A stretch of DNA of 64,000 nt, taken from assembly GCA_026936335.1 (NCBI GenBank), contig JAPMXV010000075.1:62001-126000 (forward strand), given 5' to 3'. The notes below the pieces were generated by a model. It made no database searches and was not told the origin of the DNA. It worked only from the letters and a program-made list of their open reading frames with translations. The position numbers and the translations under genes were made by a program. Source of the DNA: Mantamonas sphyraenae STR306. Taxonomy: Eukaryota; Protista; CRuMs. How positions within the stretch are numbered: the first letter of the stretch is position 1; each line of letters starts with the position of its first letter. Shown one piece after another: positions 34,297-46,800 of this stretch.

Positions 34297-35559
34297 CTAT
34301 GTTGGTGGTGATGGCCAGAATTTCGGGTTGTGAGGGTGATTGTCCCAATCGAATGTGGTTGATGGACAGCGGAGAGCATGAGGATACGCCTCTCCCATCA
34401 GGTCGTGCTCCTTCACAGGCCCGTTCAAATGGATGCCAAAGCACTGAAACTGCCATTGCATGTCAAATTGTGACCGCAGGTGCGAATGGCAATTGAGCCA
34501 GGGGAACTTTGTCGTTTCTGGGATGAAGCGCACAAACTCGGAACTTCGGTTTCCCATTGGGCCGACCAAACGATCAAGTTCAGCACTGAAGCAATTTGAG
34601 TAGGCTTGGTTGACCTTCAGGTATCCCTCGCGATCCTGTGACAAGTACCAGCTTGGGAAAGGAATCTCCAGAAACGGCCCACACGTGTTGTTGTAGGCAG
34701 ACACCCCTGCGACTGATTTCTCTGCACCCAACATCACCAACAGGGCTTCCATCCACGCCCCGTTGTCGATTTGGACAGTGTACCGCTTTCGCCAGCGCAG
34801 AAAGTTGGCAAAGTACGCTTCGATCCATCCGCCGTCACGTCGGCGTGCGTACAGATCCGCATTCTCATTGATTCCCCAGTGTGGGATTGGCGCGTGGTCT
34901 GTCATTGTGAATGGTCTTCCGTCATACAGCTTCTCCAGCTGGAAGCTCAACCACAGCGGGTTGAGGGCGTAGTCGACCCCCGTGAAGAACACGACATCGT
35001 ATTCCTGCAGCAAAGGCACCATGCCGAACGCCCATGCCCAAACAGGTGCCTCGCTATACCACCTGTGAGAGCTCTTGAGTGCAGCAGCGACATCGTCCGG
35101 AAGAGAAACATCCTTTTCGTGTAGCCTGGGGTCGACGAACCTTGAGATCAACAAGTCGTAGCCGTGCAAATGTGCGTAGCACGCACGCCAGAAGTTCTCC
35201 TTTGCATATGTGGTGAAGGTGTCATTGGTCCCTGTTGCGAACAGCAGCACTTTCAACGGGCTGCTCTCGCGTTTGTGGTTGCGAACGATGGAAGCCATGG
35301 CCGCCTCGCTGCCATTGCTCGCCACTCTGGCTTCCTCCACATACTGTGCTTCGACACCGGTAAGAGCTATCCAGTTTATGTGCGTGTCTTCCTTGGGTTT
35401 TGGTTTGGGTTTGATCGTTGGCTGCAAGGGCCCTGTGGAAGGATTTGCATCGGTTGCAATTTGTCCCTCGGTGTCCTTTTCTGTGGCCGGCACGAGCACC
35501 AGTATTAGGCTGATCAGGGTAACCAGCACAAGCAAAACCACGATCGCCAGTCGGCGCAT
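34297..35559 (-). CDS. Intronless type II membrane glycosyltransferase-like protein (GT34/GMA12-MNN10-like)
   Basis: N-terminal TM anchor MRRLAIVVLLVLVTLISLILVLV, a stem, then YAKENFWRACYAHLHGYDL and LQEYDVVFFTGVDYAL as in GT34-like enzymes. Confidence 0.55.
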   Translation of the reverse strand: MRRLAIVVLLVLVTLISLILVLVPATEKDTEGQIATDANPSTGPLQPTIKPKPKPKEDTHINWIALTGVEAQYVEEARVASNGSEAAMASIVRNHKRESSPLKVLLFATGTNDTFTTYAKENFWRACYAHLHGYDLLISRFVDPRLHEKDVSLPDDVAAALKSSHRWYSEAPVWAWAFGMVPLLQEYDVVFFTGVDYALNPLWLSFQLEKLYDGRPFTMTDHAPIPHWGINENADLYARRRDGGWIEAYFANFLRWRKRYTVQIDNGAWMEALLVMLGAEKSVAGVSAYNNTCGPFLEIPFPSWYLSQDREGYLKVNQAYSNCFSAELDRLVGPMGNRSSEFVRFIPETTKFPWLNCHSHLRSQFDMQWQFQCFGIHLNGPVKEHDLMGEAYPHALRCPSTTFDWDNHPHNPKFWPSPPT

Positions 35560-35561
35560 GG

Positions 35562-35831
35562 TCAACGACTTGCCTTGGGCACATGTGCGCGATGTGTGGC
35601 AGAACTTGTCCCGTGTTCAGGGACGCCAATTGTCTCAAGAAGGAACTTGCAATGCTCCTGTGCTCCCCTGGAGTCGACCGCGGGATCGTACGTTGCAATC
35701 GGCGGCTCTGGCACACCCGACACGCTGCTGCTGCTGCTTGCGTGGCGGCTGTTTTGGCCCAGCGTCCCATTCAGCGCACGCGTAATCACTGCTCCGCTCC
35801 TCGAGCTACCCTTGCTCACACGCCCAAACAT
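35562..35831 (-). pseudogene. Truncated/chimeric 5' copy of the NDUFB8-like gene
   Basis: Matches 19295-19472 (MFGRVSKG...SRGAQE), then runs into unrelated sequence and stops at 35562. Confidence 0.7.
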
Positions 35832-35982
35832 CGATTGTGATTGGTGGGTTTGGTTGGTTGTGCTGAAGCAGAAGTGCGTCCTGCCGTCCTGCGGTTTCCA
35901 TTCCTCCACTCCCACTCCCACCACCCTACCACACCACACGCTCTCTCTCTTTCGTCTCCATTCTTCCCCTCTGTGGCTCTCC

Positions 35983-37147
35983 TTACGCACGCGACGGACA
36001 CACAAATCGGTACGTCACATACCGCCCTGCCGTCTCGCTCGGTCGGATGATCTTGACCACCTGTCCAGGTCGCAGCTGTCGTGCACACACACACACAAGC
36101 ACAGTCAACCAGCATACGTTCCCACATACACACACAATGGCCCCATACACCCACACTGTGTCAGCCATACATGTCCCCCCCACCCCCCCCAAACCACTCT
36201 CCAGCTCTCCCCCTTTCTCCTTCCCTTCCTTCCCTGTCCACCATTCCCTCACCCCATCCAACCCCACTCCCCATGCCTCTCTGCCTCCTCCTCCCTCCTT
36301 CCCTCGCCACATCTCTCTCCACACTCACCCCAAAGTACCGCGCCACAGGGTCCGTGTTCTGAATGCGCGGCAGCTGAGTCTGCTTGATCTTGTACTTCTT
36401 CAGCAGCAACGCCTTTGTGTCGTTGTCCAGCACCACATGCTTCGGCACAAGCACATGCTCTGTAATGTTCACCAGCAGTTCGCTCTCCTGAAAGATCTCA
36501 ATGTGGAAATCCGGCGCCAAACGCTGAATCCCCTGCTTGGCCATCGACGTGATGCCGCTCCTGTACACAAGCACCGCCCTCGTCACCCCTGCATCCTTCA
36601 TCCTCTCCCAATACCTGTCCTCCCCACCATCCATTCCCATCGGTGCATGTGTGTGGTTGGCCCCCCATTCCCCTCTTGTGTGTCAGCCTCTCGAGCACCA
36701 CTTCCTCCCGCCTTGCCTCCTCACACAAAACCCACCCTTTCACGTCGCTCACGCGCACTTTCAGGCTTTCGCAGTAAAACACAAAGATCTTTTCACTCAG
36801 ATCGTCCCTGCGCGTGTTGAACCGCACCATTGCGTCTCGCCTGTACGTGTGTGCGCGTGTGGGAGTGTGTGAGCGTCCGCTCCTCTCTCCTGTTCCCGCC
36901 TCTCCCTCTCTCTCCACCCACCCAACCCCCCCTGTCCACCCCTCCACCCATCCACCCATCCATCCAACCCTCTCTCGCGTGCAACCTACGACGGTGACTC
37001 GCCAAACGTCTCTGTAAACTTGTCAAAGTCCATGCTTTTGTCGTCCTTGGTCACTGAGTACCCACGGTCAACCAGCATCTGGGTGGTCGTCCGGTAGATG
37101 CGAAACAGTCGCATGGCTTCTTCATTGGCCGATCCCAGCGTGCTCAT
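35983..37147 (-). CDS. RPB5: RPB5, copy 2
   Basis: Coding sequence essentially identical to copy 1; introns differ by small indels and substitutions. Confidence 0.97.
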
Positions 37148-37244
37148 CCTTGCCGAATCTTCTTCTCCTGCCCCAACGCGCGCAGAGCACACGAGCGCCC
37201 GTGGAACCAAAGCCAAAGCAAACACTCCGAGCACACACTCAATC

Positions 37245-39933
37245 ATGCCAAACCTCCAATTTGGCAGTCTGTTTGGTGGCAAGAACAGCAGCAGCAGCAA
37301 CAGCAACAGCAGCAACAACACCAGCAAGTCGGGGAGCAGTTCGAGTGTCTTTGCCGCTCAGAACCAGCAGCCTGGTCTCGTGTTTGGCACCTCGTTGCAG
37401 GAGATGCGGGATGACGACGTGTACGAGTTTCGTGCCGACGACATCCCCGGTTTCAACGACCGTACGTGCTTGTGGAACGTGGAGGGGGGAGGGACAAAGC
37501 ACAACTCACGTTTACTTTCGTGTCAGGATTTTCAAACGGCTGACACCGCACGTTGTTTTCGTTGCCTGCGTTGCACAGCCAGCGATCCGGGCTTGTGGAA
37601 CGAAGAGCTGCAGGACATTGCCTTCCAGGTGCCTCGGTTCCTTGTGGACACATGCATGTGGATCCTGCAGAATGGCCTGCGTGAACAGGGCCCGTTTCGT
37701 ACGGAACCGGACCATTCGCGGGCCAACGAAGTCCAGCGCCAACTTGACACGGGTACGCGTCCTTGCCCGAAGCTCTCGTGCCCTCCCTGCTGCACGCCAC
37801 ACGCTGACTGCAATGGTCACAATGACGCCGCCACTCACACTTGCCCACAGACAAAGACTACACCTTTCCAGACACGCTGGAGGAGGCGATTCCACAGAGT
37901 TTGCTCAAACGCTGGCTTCGCGACCTCAAGGACACCGTGGTGCCTGCACGCATGGTGAAGCAATTTGTGCGCTGTGGCGACCGAGCAGCTGCAGGTGAGT
38001 GACATCCCCTTCCCCATGTGTGTGTCTGTGTCTGTGTGAGTGTCTGTGTGACAAATGAGGCAGTTTTTGGGCGGCCAACGGCTGACGACACGAGACACAC
38101 GGCCGTCACACAGAGCGATCTGCGTCGATGAACATGGCGTCGGAGGAACACCGAGAGGTGATGGCAACGAATCTGCGACGGTTTGTAAACACATTGCCGT
38201 GGCACCATCGGTCGACGCTGCACTACCTCATGTGCTTCTTGAACGAAGTGTCCGGGTATGCGGCACGAACAAGCATGGACTCGGCCAACCTGGCCACTGT
38301 GTTTGCACCCAATCTGGCCTTTGATCTCATGTCCATGCAGGACATCAACCTGCTCACCCAGGTCATGATCACCCACTTTCACTACATCTTTGACCCTTCC
38401 GTTGCCGGCTGTGCCGAACTGCCCTCCACCAAGCTGAGTCGCAAGGCAGAGCAGCAGGCACAACGGGACCAGGATGCAGGGGCGTCGACCTCCACGACGA
38501 CAACGACAACAACAGCAACCGCTGGCCAAGGGAGAGACTGGACGGTGGAAGAAGTGGATGAGGCGGATGAGGCGGATGCTCACGAAGCGCAGGACCACGG
38601 TGACACACAGGGACAGAAAGAACAGCACACACACGCACACAGCCCAGCTCCACACAAGGCTTTGCCTGAGCCGCATCACCACCACGAGGAGGAGGATGCC
38701 CATGACGTGCTGGTGGTCGATGGGAAGCGCGATGAGGAGGACTCTGGATACCAGATGCCCGCCGGATTTGTCAACGCCGCAGACGACGACGACTGGGACG
38801 ACGATTCGTACGATGACAACGACTTTGACTATGGCTTTGCTGATTCCATGCCCCGTGGAACGGCACCCACGCCTGCAGAGGAGCCGACGTCGCCAGCCCC
38901 GGCACCCACACCAGCCCCGGCACCCGCATCGACGACACAAGATGCAGAAGCGGTGCGTGCGTTGCAGGCACAGGTGGCGATGTTGGAGCAGCGTGCAGCA
39001 AGAGCAGAAAAGGCAAAGGAGGCGGCAGAGAGGCAGGCGGCGCAGTTGCAGCAGCGGGAACGGATGCAGACACAGTCGCAGAGTGCAAGTGCACGAGAGA
39101 TGGAGCAATTGCAACGGGAGAATGCATCTCTGCACGCCGAGGTGCAGCGAGCACAGGAGGCGAGGACAAAGGCGGAGCAAAGGCAACGTGAGGCGGAGGA
39201 GCAGCAGATGCGTGCGACGACAGAGGCACAGGAGAGTGTGGAGAGGGCAGAAGAGGCACAGAGAGCGATGCAACGAGAGATAGAGGCGCACGAGAGGACA
39301 CGGGAGGCGTTGGAGGAGGCACGCGGACGAGTGGAGGAGAGCAAACGGGCAGCGAGGGAACTGCGAGCGCAGCTGGACGAGGCGAACCGGGCCAACATCC
39401 ACGAGCAGTACGAACGAGTGATCGAGTCGCAACAGAGGGAACTGGACAGGGAGCGCCGCACGCGGATGGCGGAGAGGGAGGCGTACGAGAACCAACTTGC
39501 GGCGATGCGCAAGGAGATGCGTGCCATCCAGCTCAACGACGAGGAGATGAAGAGGAAGCTGGCACACATGGAGATGAACTATGTGGAGATGAAGGACACG
39601 CTGGAGTTGGAGATTGAGGAGCGCACACAGACCATGCGACAGATGCAGGAGCTGCAGGCGGAACTGCACGACACCACCCTCAAACTCGACATGATGGGCT
39701 ACCAGGCACGTCTGCAGGCAAACATCTACGGCAGCGGAGGAGGAGGAGGAGTGGCCGAGTACGATGCCTACGGTATGGCACACAGCCCCTACCATGGTGG
39801 CGGTGGAGGTGGCAGTCCGTACCGCGGGGCGTTTGGGACGCCTGAACAGGAGCAAGTGTTGCGTGAGGAGATGCGTGAGATTGCACGCAGCAAGACACTG
39901 GACTATCGCAGTCGCATGTCCACGCGGTTGTGA
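37245..39933 (+). CDS. RhoGAP domain protein with C-terminal coiled coil
   Basis: VFGTSL, VPRFLVDTC..GLREQGPFR (Arg finger), LLKRWLRDL, TLHYLMCFL, MDSANLATVFAPNL. Several introns. Confidence 0.9.
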
Positions 39934-39987
39934 AGGCAAGGCAACACACGAGAGAGACCACCAGAGAAGGGGGGACGGGGACGGGAA

Positions 39988-40830
39988 ATGTTTACGCGTG
40001 CGATGCTGCACTGCAAGGGAGGCAATGTACAGGCGAGCACAGAGCAGGTGCCAAAGGCGGCGTTGGTGTTGCGGGGCTTTGTGACGGATCCAGTGGCGTG
40101 GGGTGCGTTGGGCATGTTGCACGGCTCGGGTCTTGCGGGCGTCCTGGAGACCGTAGGGCCGAGCAGCACGGACGTGGTGGCCCGTCACCAGTTGCAAGAC
40201 ACATTGGATGAGGAGTTGGGACGGGATGTGCGTGACGCACCGGTGCCAAGCAGCCACGGGGTGCTGGAAGCGGATGGACGTCGCGGGCTGGGACCCGTGC
40301 TGGACGCCATTGAGGACAGGGTGCGCCGAAGCAGTGGCTACGTGGAGGAGGAAGTAGATGGGGACTTTGACGCGGTGGAGGATGCGCATGTGCTGCACAG
40401 CATGCGTCGAGGGTGGTTTGTGGAAGAAGCGGCGCCGCTGCTGCAGGCGGTGGCGTTGAGCAGGTGGCATGGCTTGCGTGCGGTGGAAGCATCGAGTGGG
40501 GCCTCACACACTCTGGGCCTGCGTGACCGCTTGGCGGTGTGGCAACGCCAGAGCGAGTGGACGCACGAGTTGGAACGACGCAACGGAGGGCGTTCCGTCC
40601 ACGAGGCGCTGTACATGCAGCTTGGCTTCTTTGTGGACCATTTGGGTGACAATGCGTACGCAGGCGTGTCTCGCCCCGCCATGGCAGATTGGATGCTGTT
40701 TGGCGGCCTCAATCTGCTGGCCCACGCAGGACCACACGTCATCGGCGACGTCATGGGCAAGACCATGCTTGCCGAGTGGTGGCGACGCATGCGCAAGGCG
40801 TGTGTAGAGGTGGAGAACAGTGTCAGGTGA
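39988..40830 (+). CDS. Divergent GST-fold protein (prostaglandin E synthase 2-like C-terminus)
   Basis: 280-aa ORF; PAMADWMLFGGL and LAEWWRRMRKA resemble the GST C-terminal helices. No CPFC motif. Confidence 0.45.
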   Translation: MFTRAMLHCKGGNVQASTEQVPKAALVLRGFVTDPVAWGALGMLHGSGLAGVLETVGPSSTDVVARHQLQDTLDEELGRDVRDAPVPSSHGVLEADGRRGLGPVLDAIEDRVRRSSGYVEEEVDGDFDAVEDAHVLHSMRRGWFVEEAAPLLQAVALSRWHGLRAVEASSGASHTLGLRDRLAVWQRQSEWTHELERRNGGRSVHEALYMQLGFFVDHLGDNAYAGVSRPAMADWMLFGGLNLLAHAGPHVIGDVMGKTMLAEWWRRMRKACVEVENSVR

Positions 40831-40844
40831 GAATGGAGAGTGTT

Positions 40845-43800
40845 TTATGCAATGCTGCTGCTGCTGCTGGGGGTGCTGGTGCCGTTTGTCGTCTGCGTCT
40901 TGTTTTCCTTTTGCTCCTCCTCCTCCTCCTCCTGTTCCAGGATGCTGTTCTGGCTCGCAGTCGCTTCCGATGGGTCGTCCTCCGTCTCTCCTTTTGCTGG
41001 TGTGTGCACAGGGCTTGTTCCAACTTGGACACTGGACGGGGTTTCCTCGCGGTGGTGTTGGTGTTGTTGCTCCAACAGCTCCAGCTTCGTCTGGCCCTCG
41101 ACAGGTTCCGATGGCCCCTCCTGTGCCACCACGTGCACCTGCGCCTGCTTCTCTTCCTGTGGCTCGTTCTCCCGCTCCTTCACATCCTCCTCTCGCTCCT
41201 TCTCTTGCACTTCCTCTTCTTGCACTTCCTCTTCCTGCACATCCTCCTCTTGCTCCTGAACCTGCAGCTTCTCTTCCACTTTCTCTTCCTGCACTTCTTC
41301 TTCTTCTTGCTCTTCGTCCTCTCGCAGCTGCGCATTCTCGTGTGACTTCTCTTGCTCCTGCTGCGTTTCCTCTTCCTGCTCCTTGTCTTCCTGCACCTCC
41401 TCCTCGTCTGCGTCCTCCTCTTGCTCCTCCTCCTGCTCCTGCGTCTGCTCTTGCTCCTCCTCCTGCTCCTCTGCCAACTCCTCTCCTTGCACCTCTTCCT
41501 CCTCTTCCTCCCGCCTCTGTTCCACATGGTCACTCTCCAGATAGTCCTTGGCCATCTTTCCCACCTCTCCCGACGCCACATGCGTCCCAAACAGCCACCC
41601 GCCTGCCTCCCCCTCAATCTCAAACACATCCCCTGCCTCGTACGACAGGAATCCGTACACGCCACTCTGAAACGACCGCACAGCCACCATGCGGTGTGTC
41701 TTGGGTCTGAACGGTTCCCTCTTTTTCACCGCTTCCACCGCTTCCACCTGCACCACCTCCTCTTCCTCCTCCTCCTCCTTCTCCTCTTCATCCTCCTCCT
41801 CCCTCTCCTTCTCCTCTTCCTCCTCCACCACACCCTCTTGTTGCTCCTCCTCTTCCTCCTTCTCCTCTGCTGCCACCTCCTCCCGTGGCTCCAGCATATC
41901 CAACGCCGTCTCCTCCTCTTCCTCCCGTTCCTCCTCCTCCAACCGCTGCACCTCCTCATGATCCTCCTCCCCTTCCTGCACCAAGTACTCCACTTCATCT
42001 TCCTCTTCCTCCTCCTCGTGTCCACCATCATCCACCAACTCCTCCTCCTCCTCTTCCTCCTCTGCCTCCTCCTGCTCCTCCACCTCCTCATCACCATCCT
42101 CCCCGTCCTCCTCCTCTCCCTCCTCCCTCCTCTTCCCTTTCCCACGCTGGCTATCCGAACTATTCAGCCGTCTGTCCACGTGCACACGGTGCGTATCACG
42201 CACACTCTGCCACGGAGGCAGCGTCGTCGATCGCCGTTTCTCCAACGACTGCAGCTGTTCCTGGTTGTCGCGCATGCTCTGTCGCCAAGCAACGGTGGTC
42301 CGTTCGTGCACGGGCGTTGTGGGTGCCACTATTCCCTGCCGTCCGTGGTACTCCCTCCGTTCCACCGCCGGCAGCTCCTCCGCCCACGCTGCCCCTTTCG
42401 CCGTCGTCACAAAGCGCGACTTTTGCCCACGCCGCTTCTCGTCGTACTCCTTCAACTCTTCGTCGCTGCGTTTCTTGCTGCGTGATGCATCCGTGCCCAC
42501 CAGCAACCTGCTGCTCACGCCACGTCGTTGGGCACTCTGCAGCCTGCGCCTGCGCCTGTTCTCTGCCTGTCTCTCCTCCTCCTCCTCCTTCTGCTTGGCC
42601 ACATACGACGCCGTTTTCGCCCGGTGCAGCTTTTCAAACCGCGCCTGCAGTCTGCGCTTCGGCACCTTTTTCGTCGGCGGTGCACTCGCAGGCCGGCCGT
42701 TCTTCAACAAGCCCTCCTTGCCCTTCTCCTTCACCACCACACTCCGTTTGCCATACCCCGACGATTGCACAGCACTCGGAGGCCGTGGACGCCGCCCAGA
42801 CGCAGGTGCCGTCGACGGACGAGCAGTCTGCACGTCCCGCCTCCCGTTTCTTCCTTCAGCCGACGACGCAGAGGCCTCTGCACGCTGCGCCTCCACAATC
42901 GTCTCGCTACCGTCGTACAGGTCGCGTAGGTACTCTGTGATGGACGACACCCCCGTGGGTGGTGGCGGACGCGGCGGCCTGCTGCTTGCCCCCGCGGTTG
43001 CCGGCCGCTTCTCCTCCGCCTTCCGCTTCTTGTCCCTCGCCTTTTGCTCCGCCTTCATCTGCGACACCCGTCCGCTCAGCGTGGTTGCGTTGCGCTGCGG
43101 CTGCACAAGCAACCCCTCTGCCACAAGCTCCTCGTACGTGTGCGTCTGCACAGCACGCAGCAGCTCAGCAGACACATACCGCCTGGGGTTCAGCGCACGT
43201 CGCAGCGAGGCGATGCTTTCGCCTCCCGCAAGTCCACCCTCTTCGCCAATCAGCGAATCCACGTCGCTTTCCTGGTCCCCGCGTCGCTTACCACCACCGC
43301 CGGCGGCACCACCAGCTGTGTGGGGTCGCTTGCGACGCGGAGGGTGCTTGCGTCCCTTGCCACGTCGTGTCGAGGGCGATGGCGACGGGCTGCCGTAGAT
43401 CTGTGTCAGCTCCTCAATGGTGTTTGTCACCGACTTGCGCCGCTGTTCTTCCGTCTGTTCGTTCACCATACTGAGCAGCGAGGCCCCTGCCCCATCTGCC
43501 GCCGTGCCTGTGCTCATCACACTGACCACACTCTCCCCACTGGGCGAGCCGCGCAGCACACGTGGCGACGACGACGACAGCGTACTTTGTGCACTCGCAC
43601 TGGGTGTCATGCCGCCGCCGCCGCCGCCGCCGCCCTCTGTCCGCGTGCTCCGTGCGCTGTCCGGACGTCGCCTGTGCTCCCCTCCCAAGCTGCCACGCGG
43701 CATCGACAGCGTCGCACGACGCCTGGAAATAATCATGTTGCCGCTGCCGCTGCCTCCTTTGACACGTCGCCTGCCTTTGTGCTCCTGCACCGCCACCTGT

Positions 43801-46800
43801 GTCACGCGCAACACGAGCGGGGAGCCCAACACGGGCACAAACTCGAGCAGCCCAGGCGGCAACCGGCGCACATCCACACGTCCTTCCACCCTCGGGGCAG
43901 CATCCACCTGCGCCTGCTCCTCTGCGTTCAAGTCGCCTCGCACATGCACAAGCAGCACGTCCAGGCGATACTTGCCCGCCGCACGGATCCGTGCGTTGAT
44001 GCCGTAGCTGCCGTCGCCGTGGTCCATCACACAGATTGCATGCGGCACCTCGTCCCCTTCCACATCCCTCAACTCGGCCAGAAACACGTCCCCGCCCGAC
44101 GTGCGTGCCACTCCCTCCTTGCTCACCGCCTGCATCCGCGCCGCAATCACACTCTCGGTCGTCCACACCGCCTTTTTGTCCACATACACACGGCACTGCT
44201 CGCCGTCCGTCTCACGCGGTGCCACCTTGACCCAAAGTGGTTTGCCACCCAGCAGCTTCTTCTTCGTGTCCCCACCACCACCACCACCGCCAATGCCACC
44301 ACTCTCCCCTTCCTCCTCGCCACTGACATCCACTGCCTCGTCCATGCCCACCCGCAAACGATAGCATCCGGCACGGGGAAACTCCACGTGCCAGTCGTAC
44401 TTGCCCGTGCCCCTGTCCACCAGGCTGCCCAACACAACCTCCTCTGTGTTCACCGTCACCGGACCGGCGGACGCACACACTGCCATCAGCACACGGGCGT
44501 CCTCCTCGTCGTTCGCATCCAGGTACATCCTCGCGTCGCGACCGTACTGCTGCATGCGAGACGCAGCCGATGGTGTGCTGGATGTGGAGGTCGACTCCTG
44601 TCCCTCCATCCCCTCCTGCCCGTCTGGCACCCCCTTCGCTTGTGCGTGTGCGTGTGCTTGCACGTCCTCCTCCGCCACCCGTTCCCAAGTGGCACGCAAG
44701 GATGCGCCGCCACACGCCAGATCGTTGCCAAACTGGTCGGCGGCCTGGATGACCACGTGGCACACGTCACCTTCCACCACGGGCGGCATGTCGCGTGCGT
44801 CCAACACCACGTGTTCGCTGCCGTCCAGCGAGTGCACCTGCACGTGCATGTAACTGCTCACCAGATCCAGCTGCGCCTCCACACACTTCACCAGAAAGGG
44901 CGACCCGTGGATGTGCACGTTGTCCAACAGCATGGCCACCATGTACTCGCCTGCACTCGTCAACCGTCCGTCCAGGTTCACCTGGTACAACCACGGCTTG
45001 GCCTCCACCGCCTTTGCCGTCGTGTGCACACACGTCGCGTTGCCGTTCACAAACACGTGAAACACCTCCGCCTTGCCACTCCCGTTGCCGTTGCCTCTGC
45101 CGGCTCCTCGTTCCAACCGCACCCCGTCCCTGTTGCGCGCCTCAATGTCAAAGCGCAAGGGACCGCCGGCCACGACACGCATTCCCGCGGCAATTTGCTC
45201 TCCCAACGTGGCGGTACACTTGGGTGCAAACGCACGGTGCTCGTCCTGGGCCGCCTCAATCACAAACGGCGAGCCTTGGATGTGCACGTGGCCGCGTTCG
45301 CCGTCCAACTCCACCGCACGTACGCTGCGCATCATCCACAGCTTGGTGTGTGCCCTCCGCATCGCCGCCATTCCGCCGCTGCCCTCGTACTCGCCCAGCT
45401 CAGAGTCCACGTCGCTGTCCACACTCTCGTAGTCGCTGTCATACTCTTCTGCATCCGAATACTCCGGGTTGGCTGCGTACGGATTGAAAAAGGCAAACTT
45501 GGGCGACGAATCCCCCCCCGACGACGACGACGATGATGACGATGACGAGGACGATGTGCCACCTCCTACGCCGGGACCGCTTTCGTGCAGGTGCATCTCG
45601 TGCCGTGGTACGTCTGTGGTGATGGCCAGACAGAGGTAGGTGCCCTGTGAGACACGACACTCCACGGTGTACGTGCCGTTGCCGTTGTTGGTCAGGCGTG
45701 TCCACACGGGATACTGCTTCTGCACGCTGTGGTACAACTCGTTGGTGCGCACCTCCTGCATGGCATCCATGGCACGCACATCCTGGGCAATCGACGACCG
45801 GTGCTTCAGTTCACGCTTGATGCTACGCAACGGCTGCGTCTCCTTGGCCAGCGTCATGTTGTGTGTGCTCATCGACGCACTGTGTCCCAGCATGGCTCCC
45901 AAGGGCGGAGGCACACGCGGGTCCCAATCCGTGCTGTATGCCTGCACGTGGAACGTCTGCGTGCTCTGCGGCAACGCGTTGAAGTACGCGTCCATCACAC
46001 AAAAGTCCAGACGCAGCGTACGTCCGTGGTATGCCACCAAACTGCGTGGGTGTTGCAACAGCGTGCACTGTTTGGCACTCATTCGCCCAGGCGACACGGC
46101 AAAGGCAAACGGCGACCCTGCAATCGGCTCGCCGTGCAGTTCCACGTGCACCTCGTAGGCACCGGCCAGTGTGCACCGGAACCCAAAGTGGTAAATGCCC
46201 AATCTGGTTTCCTCCACACTCACACGCGGGGTTGCATTGGCCGCACGTGCTGCCACATGCGGTGCCACCTGACCCACCTCCGACGCATCCGCCTCCACCA
46301 GCACACACCGTGCACGAAACGCCCCCTCGTGGCCGTGGCTGCGCACACGCGATCCATACACCGAACACGCCTCCACCAGGAAGCAATTGTGCTCCCCTGC
46401 CGCCGAATGGCCCGGACCCGAGCCCAACAACCGACAATGCCGACCGCTGGGCTCGTCCTTTTCCGCCTCCAGCCGTTCCAACTCGGTGGCAAACGTGTTG
46501 TGGCCATGGTACGCCGCCTCCTGTACAAAGGTCCTTCCGTGGGTGTTGACACGCGTACGGTCGGCCCCACGCACCAACAACAAACTGCTCGCTTCCACAC
46601 ACCCTGCCGCCGCCGCGTGATGCAACACCGTGTCACCGTGCCTGTCCGCATGATTCTTGTCCGCCCCATTTTCCATCAGCAGCCTCATGGACGCCAGCGA
46701 CGATTGCCAGGCCGCACGCCCCAACGCCGTACACCCATCCTTGTCCTTTGCATCCACCTCGGCTCCGTACCGCAACAACACAGGCAACACCTGCGCTTGG

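Larger units (their letters stand above)
32441..37184. repeat. Right arm of inverted segmental duplication, interrupted by unique 34205-35653
   Basis: Reverse-complement match to 17934-21710 except the central segment. Confidence 0.95.

Noticed and set aside
17934-37184. Inverted duplication as a pure fold-back assembly artefact
   Set aside because: The arms differ by intron indels, divergent coding patches and different central segments. A haplotype mis-join is not fully excluded.
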